A stretch of DNA of 63,454 bases, filler included, from Octopus bimaculoides (Eukaryota): the NCBI RefSeq assembly GCF_001194135.2. It is 4 parts of 3 records of this genome, joined end to end, with 100 filler letters (N's around TTAATTAATTAA, not from the genome) between each part and the next. Parts side by side here need not be neighbours in the genome. Positions count along the whole stretch, not along the records: positions 1 to 6,071 come from NC_068995.1; positions 6,172 to 18,156 come from NC_068996.1; 2 more parts are not named here. One strand, written 5' to 3'. A model generated the notes under the pieces. That model had not been told where the DNA came from. It saw only the letters and a program-made list of their open reading frames with translations, and made no database searches. Shown here piece by piece: positions 1-13,043 of the stretch. A program made the translations under genes and the position numbers. Each line of letters starts with the position of its first letter. The first letter of the stretch is position 1.

Positions 1-54
<54 letters not shown>
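1..54. repeat. (AC)n microsatellite
   Basis: Pure AC run at window start; many similar AC/AT/AG tracts throughout are not listed individually. Confidence 0.95.
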
Positions 55-56
<2 letters not shown>

Positions 57-397
57 AAGCATGCACTCACGCACATACACAAAAATGCATATACACAGTC
101 CGTTGATAATTATATTTCCTTCGCATCAAAAGAGGACCGTTACTTAATTAACTCAACAAGTGATTGCTCGTTCGTGTACATATGACTTCTCATTGTCCCA
201 TTTTCTTTTTCTCTTCATCATTTTCGCCGTTTCTAACTATGTTGTTACTCTTTATTCGTCTCCTTTTCCTTTTCCCCGTATCTCTTGTTTCCGTCTTTTT
301 GTTTCCTATGCGTCAACTTCTACCTAACTTCGTCTTCTGCCCCACACTCTCCATATATATATATATATATATATAGTATATATATATATGTATATAG

Positions 398-605
398 GGA
401 GAATTCACAAAAGAAAAAAGACAAAAACAAAAGACGAAGACAGGTGGTGTAGACAACAAACAAATGTATTAGTATAACGCTCGGGAAATGAAAAAGTCTT
501 TAACGTTTCGAGCCTACGCTCTTCTACAGAAAGGAACACAGAAAGAAATAAGGAGAGAAAAAAAGAATGTGTAGTGGCTAGCGATCTATCACGGCGAATG
601 CCATA
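398..605 (-). mobile_element. Short interspersed repeat carrying a hammerhead-like motif
   Basis: Non-simple sequence between an (AT)n tract and a gap; contains the fold at 498-533. Family identity not established. Confidence 0.4.
498..533 (-). ncRNA. Variant minimal hammerhead ribozyme-like motif (core CUGUAGA)
   Basis: Minus strand: CTTT-CTGTAGA-A-GAGC(GTAG)GCTC-GAAA-CG-TT-AAAG. Stems I and II pair and stem III is the palindrome ACGT, but conserved A6 is U. Confidence 0.45.
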
Positions 606-961
606 NNNNNNNNNNNNNNNNNNNNNNNNNNNNNNNNNNNNNNNNNNNNNNNNNNNNNNNNNNNNNNNNNNNNNNNNNNNNNNNNNNNNNNNNNNNNNNN
701 NNNNNNNNNTATATATTAATATTATCTCAGTTTTAAAAGAACCGTGACAATGTAAATATGTCAATAGTTACCATGGGTAGCAAAAATCACACAAAAGAAA
801 AACAGGATATCACACCCGTTTTATAGGTAGAGATACCAAGTGATGCATTTTGATGAATAATAACAATAAATGGAGCAAAACGCATAGAAACTTTTTTTAT
901 ATGCGTTTTGCTCCATTTATTGTTATTATTTATATATATATGAGTGAGAGAGAGAGAGAGG

Positions 962-1011
<50 letters not shown>

Positions 1012-1419
1012 CATAAATNNNNNNNNNNAGAGAGAGAGAGATTCATAAATATAGGTAGAAAGATAGATATATACATCCATCCTCAGACATGAATGTTTAT
1101 TTAAGTGGGCCCAGTAGATCGCTAATCGCAAGCTTCTAGGTAGTACATCTGCAAAATGAAACAAAGTAGACGAGGCTACTACTGTTTTCTACGTTCTAAT
1201 GGAGATCTCAGGATCGCTAACCCAAAACATAAATTCCAAATAAATTTAAATATAAAACATTACTGTGTGTTGAATAAGAATATAAAGACATTCTTATAAT
1301 GCCATTGCAAAAAAAAAAAAAAAGAAAAAATGGAATAAACGCAGAAAAAGCGGGAGGAGGACAATACTTGCACTTATATTTAACCTACAGTGAGGAGGTT
1401 GTAATGTTTAATTTAATTT

Positions 1420-1615
1420 AGGCAGCGAGCTCGCAGAATCGTTAGAACACTTCGCAAAATGCTTAACGCCATTTCGTTTGTCGTTAGGTTCTGACTTTAA
1501 ATTCCGCCGACATCTACATTGTCTTTCATTCTTCCGACGGTGATAAAATGTGACAGACCAGTAACAGACTAATCGACTTACCCACCCCATCCAATTTCAA
1601 GCTTTGTGCCTATAT
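1420..1615 (+). mobile_element. tRNA-derived SINE, family C, diverged
   Basis: AGGCAGCGAGCT...AAATTCCGCCGA...CTTTCAT...; similar to the copy at 41643-41879. Confidence 0.75.
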
Positions 1616-1621
1616 TCTCTT

Positions 1622-1975
1622 TTCTCTTTTTCGCCCATTTAAAGCCTAGCCCGGTTTCCCGGTTTCTATGGCGTACGCGTCCCCCCCCCCCCNNNNNNNN
1701 NNNNNNNNNNNNNNNNNNNNNNNNNNNNNNNNNNNNNNNNNNAGCTGGACGGGACGCCAGTCCATCGCAGCGTTACCCAAGAAACAGGAAGAAAGAGTGA
1801 GAGAAAGTTGGGGTGAAAGAGCACAACAGGGGTCGCCACCATCCCCTGCTGGAGCCTCGTGGAGCTTTAGGTGTTTTCGCTCAATAAACACACACAACGA
1901 CCAGTCTGGGAATTTAAACCGCGATCCTCCGACCACGAGTCCACTGCCCTAACCACTGGGACATTGCGCCTCCAA
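1622..1975 (-). mobile_element. tRNA-derived SINE with V-domain-like core, family A
   Basis: Minus strand: tRNA-like head (CAGTGGTTAGGGCAGTGGACT...), core GCGATGGACTGGCGTCCCGTCCAG, 3' GAAACCGGGAAACCGG; interrupted by a gap. Confidence 0.7.
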
Positions 1976-2773
1976 TTGTGCCTATATTAGAAAGGAATAT
2001 TTAGTTTAATTCATCCTTCTGATTTTCGTTGTGCTTTGCATAATGTAGATATTTCTCAATTAGCGACGAGTCATCAAAAAAATACAAATATGCAAATTAG
2101 GTTATTTATCATGTGTGCTACTCGAAATTTTGAATGATTTTATGTAGCAGCTGATCTATGTTGCTGTCTGGAGAAGGATGCTGCGTAAATTTATTTGAGC
2201 ATCGGTCAACAAACTCTGAAACAGTTTGATGGGAAACTTCCTCACACGTTTTCCGCGCCATAATAGCATATAAAGCTTGTACTTACATTCATATTTATCA
2301 AACAATGTAGTATTTTATATATATAAATTTTAAATACACACATACATATAATTATATATATATATATATACAGATATGCATTCATAGAAAGAAAAATATC
2401 TTGATCAGCATGGAGTCCATTATGTGATATGATGTGACAAGAAAGTAATGGAAGATGAAAGCAGGTGAAAAAAAAAATATGTTAAAAATATATAAATTGC
2501 GGGTGAAAGAAAAGAAAAATTAATATAGTTTGAAAGGAATGGGAAAAAGATGTAAGGAAGATGTAAGGAAGAATGAATGAAGGAAGCAACGCGTGAATGT
2601 GAGATGAACATGAGAGTGAGTTAAGTAAAGACAAGAATATGAAGAAGGAAAGAAAATTTAGTAACGAAATTAGAAAAAAGAATTTTAAAAAGATATTAGG
2701 AAATATTTGTTTTTGGAATCTTTAAAAAAAAACAAAATCTATTTTCAAAATGAAAGAAATTAGAAGATTTGCA

Positions 2774-2805
2774 TAATAATAATGATGATGATGATGACGA
2801 TGATG

Positions 2806-2856
<51 letters not shown>
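2774..2856. repeat. (AAT/GAT)n microsatellite
   Basis: Direct reading. Confidence 0.95.
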
Positions 2857-4218
2857 TATTGTAGGAGAAAAGGAGAAGAAAGAAGAGGGGAATGAGGTGG
2901 GGAAGATGCAGCGTCAGAGTTAGGATGAAGTAGTATAAAAAGGTGAAATTTGAAAATAGAGAAATATCTATTGAGCCACATAAATGTAATGATATATTAC
3001 ACGCGCGCGCGCATACACACACGCACACATACACACACGCACACATACACACATACACACACATACACGCACACACGCGTATATATAGTGCGTGAATGTA
3101 CTTCTGGGGGCGTTATTGGGAATAAATTTTCAGTGTTTTTCCTACTCTGAGAGTTCTGAGCTAGAGGCTCGGAAACTATTCCTGTTTAAAGATTACAATA
3201 AGCGTCCACAGAATTCATAAACATAGCGGCTGCAGACAGATTGATATGTGGCATAGAACCGAATGTTTCAATGCGCACACAAAAATTATAAATGCATACA
3301 TATATACACACATACATATAATTTTATAAATATATACACATACTTATATGCTCATATATATATTCATACATATATATATATGTATGTATTGTGTGTGTGT
3401 GTGTGTCCACAGGCATATACATGATTACTTTTAAGTATACATAGAAAATGTGTGTATATATACACATATATATATATACTTATGCGCATGCACAGAAGCA
3501 CGTAAATTCAGATATAACTAACATAAATGGAAGTAATATTTTAAAATTGAGCGAAGCAAAAGAAACAAATCATTTCATAAAGCATAAAAAAATATTAATA
3601 TAAATGAAAGAAAAACTAAAAACTAGATAAAATAACGCAAACAAAATTCTATTTTAAGATTAGAATAGCAGATAGAAAGCTCTAAATCTTATTTTCTGAT
3701 AGAATAAAAGTGTAATAGAATAAAAATGTAATAGACATTAAAAGTTAAAATGAACGAAAGTGGAGTAATACAACTGTATGTACTTTAACATGATGTGCAT
3801 TTAACAACTAGTGCATGCCTGTGTAGGTTTATGTATATGTGTGTGTGTATCATACAGACATATACACACAGAAACACACTAGTGTGTACACATTCGTATA
3901 TGTATATACACAAACACACACATACGTGCGCGCTTTATTAACAAAATGGGTAAATGAGTGCGCAACACCATGGAAGTGGATAAATAAGAAATTTTTTTTT
4001 ATAGAATTCATGTTAAATTTCTAGAATCCTAGGTTGAATGTTGACAAAATATCAACAATTCTTTTACTGGGATTAAGATTTACGTATAAACCTTCGTCAT
4101 TATGGCTGAAGTCAATTAGAATAGTGAATGTTATGTGTGTGTCTGTGTGTATGTGAGAGGGTACACGCACACTCACACACACACACACACACATACACAC
4201 GCACGCACACACACACAT

Positions 4219-4253
<35 letters not shown>

Positions 4254-4269
4254 CACATGTATATACAGT

Positions 4270-4376
4270 ACAGTCCTACTGCGTGCCACCTTGGGTAAGT
4301 GTCTTCTGCTAAGGCCTCGGGCTAGCCAAAGCCTTGTGAGCAGATTTAGCAGATGGAAACTGAATGAAATCCGTCG

Positions 4377-4407
<31 letters not shown>

Positions 4408-4568
4408 ATAACCAACGTTGGTGTGTTTACGTCCTCATAACTAAGAGACGGATAGAATATGTATTAGGCTATGAAAAATAAACTCTGGGGCCGATTTGTT
4501 CTACTAAAACACTTCAAGGCGGTACTCCAGCATGGCCACAGTCAACTGACCGAAACAAGTAAACGAAT
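4270..4568 (+). mobile_element. tRNA-derived SINE, family B, 5'-truncated
   Basis: CCACCTTGGGTAAGTGTCTTCT...AAAGCCTTGTGAG...GGAAACTGAA...GGCGGTACTCCAGCATGGCC; matches the copies at 21195 and 27900. Confidence 0.85.
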
Positions 4569-4644
4569 AATGTATATATTTCTATTACGAATACAAATTA
4601 GAAGTGAGAGAGAGGGAGTGTAAGAGAGAAAGAGAGTGTGTGTA

Positions 4645-4675
<31 letters not shown>

Positions 4676-4713
4676 NNNNNNNNNNAGTGTAAGAGAGAAA
4701 GAGAGTGTGTGTA

Positions 4714-4752
<39 letters not shown>

Positions 4753-5144
4753 ACAGATGTATCACTGCGAGGGCTTTTTATGCTTAGTTGTAAAACGTGT
4801 GTTGTTTTGTAGTATATCTGAGCTTCTCGTTCGCTTGTATTTTTATGTGTGGGAGTGTCTCTATGTTTTTTTTACGAGTTTATTTTATGTCTTTCTGTTG
4901 AGTCTAGTTTTGTGTGATTGTCAATAAGGATCTGTATGAAGTTTACGCGTGTGTTTGTTGAATATTTATATAGGTGACCTGGAGTTTTATGTATTTACGA
5001 ATGAGTGTGTAAAAGTATAGCATTTTGAAAGCTTGCATAAATGTGCGTTTATGACTACCTATGCAAATGTCTGATCACGTGAACAGTGAAATGATGTGCA
5101 TTTTTCCTTGAGAATTGTCTAGGTGTAAACATATAGCGGTAGAG

Positions 5145-5432
5145 GCATACATGGCCTAGTGGTTAGAGCAGCTGACTCTTGGTCGAGGGATCACGGGTTC
5201 GAAACATCTAAACGAAACACCTAAGCTCCACGCGGCTCCGGCAGAAGGTAATGGCGAATTCCTGCTGACTCTTTCGCCACAATTTTCTTTCACTCTTTCC
5301 TCCTGTATCTAGCAGCTCATCTGCGACGGACTGGTGTCTCGTTCAGGTGGGGAACCTGTACGCCAATGAAACCGGGAAACCGGCCCTCATGAGTCAGGCA
5401 TGGCTCGAGAAGGAACAAACAACAACAAACAT
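5145..5432 (+). mobile_element. SINE family A (V-domain-like)
   Basis: Head TGGCCTAGTGGTTAGAGC...GGGTTCGAA; core GACGGACTGGTGTCTCGTTCAGG; GAAACCGGGAAACCGG; (AAC)n tail. Confidence 0.75.
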
Positions 5433-5747
5433 GTAGCGGTATATATGTGTGTGACTTGGTTTATTCCAGTATATTATGTAGATTGTGAAGACTACCAAAG
5501 ACAGAAGAAAGACAGCCATAATAAAAAGAGTAACAGCTGTGGCTACAGCAACAACAGTAATAACCACTGCAGCGGTTTTAGTCTAAGAATGATTATAAGT
5601 CACGCGATGTTGTTAGATCCAAGGTCTGTCCTGATCAAACATAGCTAGGGTCACAGTTGTTCCAGAAATAGCAATTCCATATTATTTTCAGTCTTAATAT
5701 ATACATTTATGCCCACAATATCTAAAATTGCTTCAAGAAGTTAATCA

Positions 5748-5848
5748 ATGCGTGGAACTTTGGGCAAATGTCTTCTACAATAACCTCGGGCCAACCAAAG
5801 CCTTGTGAGTGGATTTGGTAGACGGAAACTGAAAGAAGCCCGTCGTAT
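5748..5848 (+). mobile_element. SINE family B fragment
   Basis: TTGGGCAAATGTCTTCTAC...GGATTTGGTAGACGGAAACTGAAAGAAGCCCGTCG. Confidence 0.8.
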
Positions 5849-6071
5849 ATGTCCTGTCTGGTCTTCGAAACGTCTGGATAGAATAGAGACAGCTGATGAA
5901 GGGATATTCCAAGGGGCTTTCCGTTTTCCTATGTGTTCGTTCCGTTGTCTGTAGTTTATTGTTCTAACGTCCTGTACCCTGATATGCATGTATATACACA
6001 TGTAGATGTAAGTATGTACATATATGTGTGTATACATGTATATATATTCTTTGTATTATTACATTATTGAA

Positions 6072-6171
6072 NNNNNNNNNNNNNNNNNNNNNNNNNNNNN
6101 NNNNNNNNNNNNNNNTTAATTAATTAANNNNNNNNNNNNNNNNNNNNNNNNNNNNNNNNNNNNNNNNNNNN
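6072..6171. other. Artificial scaffold-join spacer N44-TTAATTAATTAA-N44
   Basis: Exactly 100 nt with a six-frame-stop 12-mer in the centre; identical at 18157 and 38636. Confidence 0.95.
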
Positions 6172-6301
6172 AGACAGAAAGAAAGACAGACAGACAGAAA
6201 GAAAGACAGACAGACAGGTAGGTAGGTAGGTAGGTAGGTAGGTAGGTACGTAGGTAGGTAGACAGACAGACAAATAGACAGGTAGGTAGGTAGGTAGGTA
6301 A

Positions 6302-6382
<81 letters not shown>

Positions 6383-6385
6383 CAG
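6172..6385. repeat. Compound tetranucleotide microsatellite (AGAC/AGGT/AGAT)
   Basis: Direct reading. Confidence 0.95.
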
Positions 6386-6489
6386 ACACACACACACATA
6401 CACACACAGATAGACAGTCAGCGAGGCAGACAAATAGACAGACAGTTGGATTGATAGATTGATATGGTGTGTGTGTGTGTGTGTTTATT

Positions 6490-6700
6490 CATTTGTATGT
6501 GGTTGTGCTTGTTTCCCGTCCCTATCCGCTTGATAGCCGGTATTGGATAGATTACATACCCGTAACTTAGCGGTTCGACAAGAAGAACTCGGTAGTACCA
6601 GGCTTTAAAAAAATAAGTACCGGGTTCGATTTGTTCGACTAAAACGCTTCAAGACGGTGCTCCAGCATGGCGGCAGTCCAATGGCTGAATCAATAAGTAT
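6490..6700 (+). mobile_element. SINE family B 3' part
   Basis: CGCTTGATAGCCGG...CCCGTAACTTAGCGGTTCG...GTGCTCCAGCATGGCGGCAGTC. Confidence 0.75.
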
Positions 6701-7235
6701 GAGCTCATGCGCATCAACTCATGCATCCTTTATGCATATATTTATGTGCTTCGGAATACCATTTTCATTCCTAGTCACGCAATCTCAGACAGATTCTAGT
6801 GACTGTCTTTAAGGATAGTTGGATTCAGCCAAACCAGGCTGCTTTAAAAAAAAAAAAAATGAAGCTTTCGGCTGAGATCCAACGAAGCCATGTATATTTT
6901 GATACGATTCGGATTTATGAGAAAGCTACAGATATAGCGTTTGTAATGATTTTGCGTCATCGCGATCGAGTGTGCTCAAAATTTTATGATACTTATTTTG
7001 CTTATATTTATTCATCACCGCTCTGGAATCAAATGAATGAATTCAGGTAAAATATTTTGTGTGCAGTCGTACAAGAAAGGTTATACGATCGATTAAGCTA
7101 TGAAGACATATTCCACAATGAAAAATCGATATTAAGTAGAACTATCAAAGAGTTCCATTAAGGTATTTATTATAAAATAGCTTACTGGCGCCTATGATGT
7201 GACAAGCCACAACCTCATGAAAATATTGATTTGAA

Positions 7236-7522
7236 ATTTTAGCACAAGGCCAGTAAGTTGGGAGGAGGGGATAAATCGATTACATCGAACAAGTATTCAA
7301 CTGGTATTTATTTTATCGACCCCCGAAAAGGATGAAAGGCAAAGTCGACCTCGGCGGAATTTGAACTCAGTACATGAAGGCGGACGAAATGCTGCTAAGT
7401 ATTTCGCCCGACGTGCTTAACGATTCTGTCAGCACGCCGCCTTTTTTTTCATAAAAATATTCTTTTCTACTCTTGGCACAAGGCCCGAAATTATGAAAGG
7501 CAAAGTCGACCTCGGCGGAATT
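7236..7522 (-). mobile_element. SINE family C copy plus partial duplicate
   Basis: GGATGAAAGGCAAAGTCGACCTCGGCGGAATTTGAACTC (reverse complement of family C); the core recurs at about 7495-7522. Confidence 0.85.
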
Positions 7523-7725
7523 TTTCATGAAAATATTGAATACAGAACTAAGAATATTTCCGATTTCTGATTATCTCCTCTGACCACCGCATACATACAT
7601 ACGTACGTACATACATACATACGTACATACATACATACATACATACATACATACATACATACATACATACATGCATGCATGCATACATACATACATACAT
7701 ACATATATATATATANNNNNNNNNN

Positions 7726-7779
<54 letters not shown>

Positions 7780-8477
7780 AGTCGATAGTTGTTAGACTTG
7801 CTAGAATTTGCAGCCAAATCTTTAAATCATACTCTTTCTTCTTGGAAATCAAGAACGATTTGATAGTAGAAAGAATACAACTACCTCTCGGTTGCAGTTA
7901 CTGACAGGGTACTATCTTTATTTTTCTAGTTACATGAGGTGAGATTAGAACACAAAACGCACAGGTCCCGAACAGACGCCACAAGGCATCTCGTCCGATA
8001 CTACAGTAATTGCGCACATCGACCATCCAGGACTAGTATTTTATTTATCGACCCCTTGAAAATATCCTCTTTCCTTATGAGCGTCCTTCCGAAGGGTCTT
8101 TCGAGTAACGCTGATAGAGCGCGTAGCTGGGGAATCAGTGAGGCGCTTCAGGTAGAGCCTTAACTTCTCTGAATTGAGAAATCCAAGTTCTGATACTAGG
8201 GACATGGTGTAAGAATGTCCCAAGGAAGAATCACTGAATAGGCTTTCCGTTCTACTCCATTCTTTCATGCTTCTCCTAGCTAGTTCCTAGCTTCTCCCTC
8301 CACGCAGATCCATTTTCCAAGTTCATGTCTCCTATACTTTCAATCACTACTATTGTGTCTTCCCTATTCATTCCTTTCCTGATTATCTCCCTTCTGGGAT
8401 AACTTCCCCATCTCAGGGGTCCGAACAGAACATTAGTTGCATCTATCAAACTTTGCTGGACAGCCCACAAGGATCAC

Positions 8478-8760
8478 CAGCCTATATTTTATTTTTTAAC
8501 TGCGGCTATGTTGTGGCCCCACCTTGAAGGGGTTAGTAAAACAGATCGACCCCAGTATTCGTATATTTTTGTAAATCTAATACTTATCCTGTCGGTCTTT
8601 GCAGCCGAATCGTTAAGTTACGGGAACATAATCAAACCACCACCGCTTGTCAAGCAGCTGTGGAGGCCAAAACGGACAGAAATAAATACACATATATATA
8701 ACACGCATATAAATGCATACACGCGCGCGCATGTGTGTGTGTTTGTGTGTGTGAAGGCGC
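8478..8760 (-). mobile_element. SINE family B 3' part
   Basis: Reverse complement of the family B 3' half (ACTGCGGCTATGTTG...CCACCTTGAAGG...GCCGAATCGTTAAGTTACGGG). Confidence 0.7.
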
Positions 8761-9060
8761 ATGACTCACTGATTAGAGTATCGGGCTTACAATCATCAAG
8801 TTGTGAGTTCGATTCCTAGACCGTGCTGTATGTTGTTCTTGAGTAAGACACTTCGTTTCACATTACTCCAGCTCACTCTGTTGTAGAAATGAGTTGCGAT
8901 GTCACTGGCACCAAGCTGTATCCACCTTTGCATTTCCTTTAAATAACATCGGAGAGGGGAGGCTGGTATGCATGGACGACAGATGGTCCAACAGAAAAAA
9001 ACTTGCCCAGACTTGTGCCTCGGAGGGAAACTTTCAAGGTACAATCCCATGATCATTCAT
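8755..9060 (+). mobile_element. tRNA-derived SINE (further family)
   Basis: tRNA-like head with B box GTTCGATTC followed by TTGAGTAAGACACTT, a typical post-tRNA SINE motif. Confidence 0.6.
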
Positions 9061-9629
9061 GACCGAAGGAGGTCTTATATATNNNNNNNNNNNNNNNNNN
9101 NNNNNNNNNNNNNNNNNNNNNNNNNNNNNNNNNNNNNNNNNNNNNNNNNNNNNNNNNNNNNNNNNNNNNNNNNNNNNNNNNNNNNNNNNNNNNNNNNNNN
9201 NNNNNNNNNNNNNNNNNNNNNNNNNNNNNNNNNNNNNNNNNNNNNNNNNNNNNNNNNNNNNNNNNNNNNNNNNNNNNNNNNNNNNNNNNNNNNNNNNNNN
9301 NNNNNNNNNNNNNNNNNNNNNNNNNNNNNNNNNNNNNNNNNNNNNNNNNNNNNNNNNNNNNNNNNNNNNNNNNNNNNNNNNNNNNNNNNNNNNNNNNNNN
9401 NNNNNNNNNNNNNNNNNNNNNNNNNNNNNNNNNNNNNNNNNNNNNNNNNNNNNNNNNNNNNNNNNNNNNNNNNNNNNNNNNNNNNNNNNNNNNNNNNNNN
9501 NNNNNNNNNNNNNNNNNNNNNNNNNNNNNNNNNNNNNNNNNNNNNNNNNNNNNNNNNNNNNNNNNNNNNNNNNNNNNNNNNNNNNNNNNNNNNNNNNNNN
9601 NNNNNNNNNNNNNNNNNNNNNNNNNNNNN

Positions 9630-9661
<32 letters not shown>

Positions 9662-10261
9662 ATGTATATATATATACACATATACACTATGAGATGTCCA
9701 CTTTCGACTAAATATACGTTTAAACGAATTAATGAAACATAAATTACTATCTCTAGTAATATGATTTTGATAATGATTTTTTTGCTAATAATTTTAGTAA
9801 TAACAATAATAATATTAATTGAGGGTATAAACTCAAACATAAGTGAATTAACTCTGAATAAATAATGTACTCCTTACAATAAAATGTAAACAAAACTGCT
9901 ACAATTGATTGTAATATGAATGAACATTTTATAAACCATGATTCAACTGTAATACCAATAGAGGTGATTGTAAGACCAGAATTCAATTTGATCTAAAAAT
10001 ATAACCTTCGACTGAATACCAATGCAGGAAGCTTGTTTGAATTAGTTCGCTTTGAAAATGTCGTAAGTGATGGACCTTTGATGAAATTGCAACGACTAGG
10101 ATGCATAATTGCATACGGAGTAATGTACAGTTGCTGCAGAAGAAACATATGTTGGTCGTTGTTATATATGCAGTAGAAAACCTTTTTTAATAAAAAGTTT
10201 TGGATGTGAATAAATCTCCACTCTCCTCTTCGTTTTCAATTATAAATAATATATATATATA

Positions 10262-11072
10262 TGAGGGGGTACCCAAAGTAACCAGAAACATTCTCCGTGA
10301 GACAAGACCAGTATAGTTCAGGCGTTTGCCGCTAGAAGCCACTTCGTGCAACTCTCAGGCATCAGTATGCCGACCGGTGGCGTCAACTGAAGTTCTACTG
10401 ACATGTATTGTGTCTTTGCTTTGCAGTTTTTTTCCCCTGTTATTCGATTTTTTGCGATGGCAGCGCACTTCTGTAAAATTCTTACAAGGATGCTGCCATG
10501 AGCAAAACGTAAGTTTACAAGATATTTTCACGCTTTAAGGATGGTCACTTGTCGCTTGACAACCAACCTCGTTCAGGGCGTCCGTCGACCTCCCGAACGA
10601 ATGAAAACGTCACGAAAATTCATGGGCTGATCTTGGAGGGCCATCATCGAACAATTGACGAGCTTGTTGATATGACCGGTGTGTCCTGGAGCTCCTGCCA
10701 AAAAATTTTGCGCGACGAATTGCGAGTGAAAAGAGATGCAGCAAAATGTGTGGCTCGCTTGTTCACAGAAGATCAAACGTAGTCACGACTGAATGTGTAT
10801 CGTGAACTGAAAGAACAGTAGGAAATTGATCTGAGCCTTTTTTCAAAGGTCATCACTGGTGACGAAAGGTGGTGCTACAGAATTTTCAGATGTACAAGAG
10901 GCGACGAAAAAACGATAGAGGCGTTAAAAAGTATCATTTTGCAAGAATTCCTGCACTGCTTCGAACAGTGGAAAACACATCTGGACTGATGCATTGCTTC
11001 AAAATGTGAATAAAATAATAGAAGTGAATAAAACGATATGGTAAAATTCAGGTTTATTTTGGGTACCCCTCG
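10262..11072 (+). mobile_element. Internally deleted mariner transposon
   Basis: TIRs TGAGGGGGTACCCAAAG.../...TTTTGGGTACCCCTCG flanked by TA. Remnant transposase PRSGRPSTS...ITGDERWCY with stops; most of the catalytic domain is deleted. Confidence 0.9.
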
Positions 11073-11352
11073 TATATATATATATATATATNNNNNNNNN
11101 NNNNNNNNNNNNNNNNNNNNNNNNNNNNNNNNNNNNNNNNNNNNNNNNNNNNNNNNNNNNNNNNNNNNNNNNNNNNNNNNNNNNNNNNNNNNNNNNNNNN
11201 NNNNNNNNNNNNNNNNNNNNNNNNNNNNNNNNNNNNNNNNNNNNNNNNNNNNNNNNNNNNNNNNNNNNNNNNNNNNNNNNNNNNNNNNNNNNNNNNNNNN
11301 NNNNNNNNNNNNNNNNNNNNNNNNNNNNNNNNNNNNNNNNNNNNNNNNNNNN

Positions 11353-11392
<40 letters not shown>

Positions 11393-11414
11393 AACATGCA
11401 AACACCACAAGATT

Positions 11415-11565
11415 TTTCAGCTTCTATGTACCAAATCCATTCACAAGCTATTAGTTAAACCGGAGCTATAGCATTGGACACAACCCACAGACGTGTTTGA
11501 ACTGAACCCAGAGACGTGTTTGAGAAGAAAACTTCTAACCACACAGCCGCACATGCGGCTACGAC
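11415..11565 (-). mobile_element. SINE family B 5' part
   Basis: Reverse complement of the head (...CTTCTAACCACACAGCC) and CAAATCCATTCACAAGC. Confidence 0.65.
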
Positions 11566-12519
11566 TAACTTAATTTAAATAATTACTCTGACGATCATAA
11601 CCTGTTGGTAGAGTTGATTTAAGAGAAGTTCTAATGTTTTCTTTTGAGAATCCTTGGAGAGGATTTAACGTTATTGTTGAAATTAATATTTTTAATATTA
11701 AAAGAAATCATGATGGCAAAGTCAATCTAATTATAATGATTTCTTTTTAAGCAAATACAAAAATAGCTGCTAACGGCCATTGTCCCTCGGTCATTAGAGG
11801 GTCTAATATATGTTGAGCACTGTTCTTTCATAATTTTGAAGTCGCCAAATACTGTGTCAACCCAGAAATAAGAAGTGGTCATAGGATCGATTCTTCTCTC
11901 CGTTTTGCCCTTTCTTTATCTCTGTAAGAAATTAGCTGAGATCAGATCTAGAGAGGGCAGTAGTCCTCCGAATTTAGATTCGCTTATGTAAAGGCGGTAC
12001 TCCAATAACTTTATCAGGGGTTAAAGGTTCAAGGAAGGACCCTAATTACAATGAAAGGGTTGTTGTTGTTGTTGGTGGTGGTGGTGGTGGTGGTGGTCTG
12101 ATTGAGCAGACCTTTAATCAAGGATGTTCCATTCGTGACCGTCCTGTCTTTCTTAACCTAGTGTAACTAGTATTATATTGCTTAATGCTTCCTTCCGTTC
12201 ACAGGACAGTAAAGTTTGATTTTTCTTTCTTAGTAGATTTGGCTATTATTTCTAGCATACCATGCGACTGCACTGATATTTGCTTTCTCGGCTTACAAAC
12301 ACGTATATTACACGGCAATCAATCGGATATATATATATATATATATGAATTAGGTTTATATACATCCAATACAATATATATTAATGAATATATACATTTA
12401 TATGTACATGCATTTTCCCTTTTACATACATGTTTATTCGTACATTATATGTATATAATTTTATGTATACATTTTATATACTTTTATATATACATTATTC
12501 TTTATTTTATTCTCTTATT

Positions 12520-12713
12520 CTTTTGCTTCTTTCAACCATTTGACCACGGCCATGCTGGAGCACAGCCTTAACGAGTTTTGTAGTCGAAGAAATCGAACCC
12601 AAGACTTATTCTTTGTAAGCCTCTTTTGCTGAGCCGCTAAGTTACGGGACGTAAACACACCAACAGCGTTGTCAAGCAATGGTGTATTTGTGTCTATGTT
12701 TATAGACACAAAT

Positions 12714-12744
<31 letters not shown>

Positions 12745-12845
12745 TTCTGTTTCTGTCTACCTAATCCACTCACAAAGCCCAAGGTGCCATGTAGTGGGTC
12801 TGAACTCGGAGCCATGTGGTCAGGAAGAAAGCTTCTTACCACATG
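12520..12845 (-). mobile_element. SINE family B, internally deleted
   Basis: GGCCATGCTGGAGCAC...GAGCCGCTAAGTTACGGG...GAAAGCTTCTTACCAC. Confidence 0.8.
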
Positions 12846-13043
12846 TATGTATATTTACATTGGATTTCAAGTACTCTTTATGTCTATACTGATTTACATT
12901 TCGTATGTTTTAGATTATAGCGCCAACACACTGCGCTACTGAGTATTACAGCCTAGAACCAACAATACAACCTCTGCATCAGTGGTCATCAACCTTTTCA
13001 CACTGGTTCTCCTCCTTTTAATATGCTTATCCTTATATATATA

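Noticed and set aside
5851-5910. GAAACGTC followed by CTGATGA (possible permuted hammerhead)
   Set aside because: Stem I and stem II pairings are not convincing. It may be two half-motifs of a truncated ribozyme-bearing repeat, but a fold cannot be supported.
6116-6127. TTAATTAATTAA palindrome isolated between N runs (also 18201-18212 and 38680-38691)
   Set aside because: The identical 44+12+44 layout three times marks an assembly spacer, not biology.
8070-8470. GC-richer block with minus-strand ORFs (8041-8268, 8276-8470)
   Set aside because: Probably a decayed retroelement; no diagnostic motif or splice signals that I can support.
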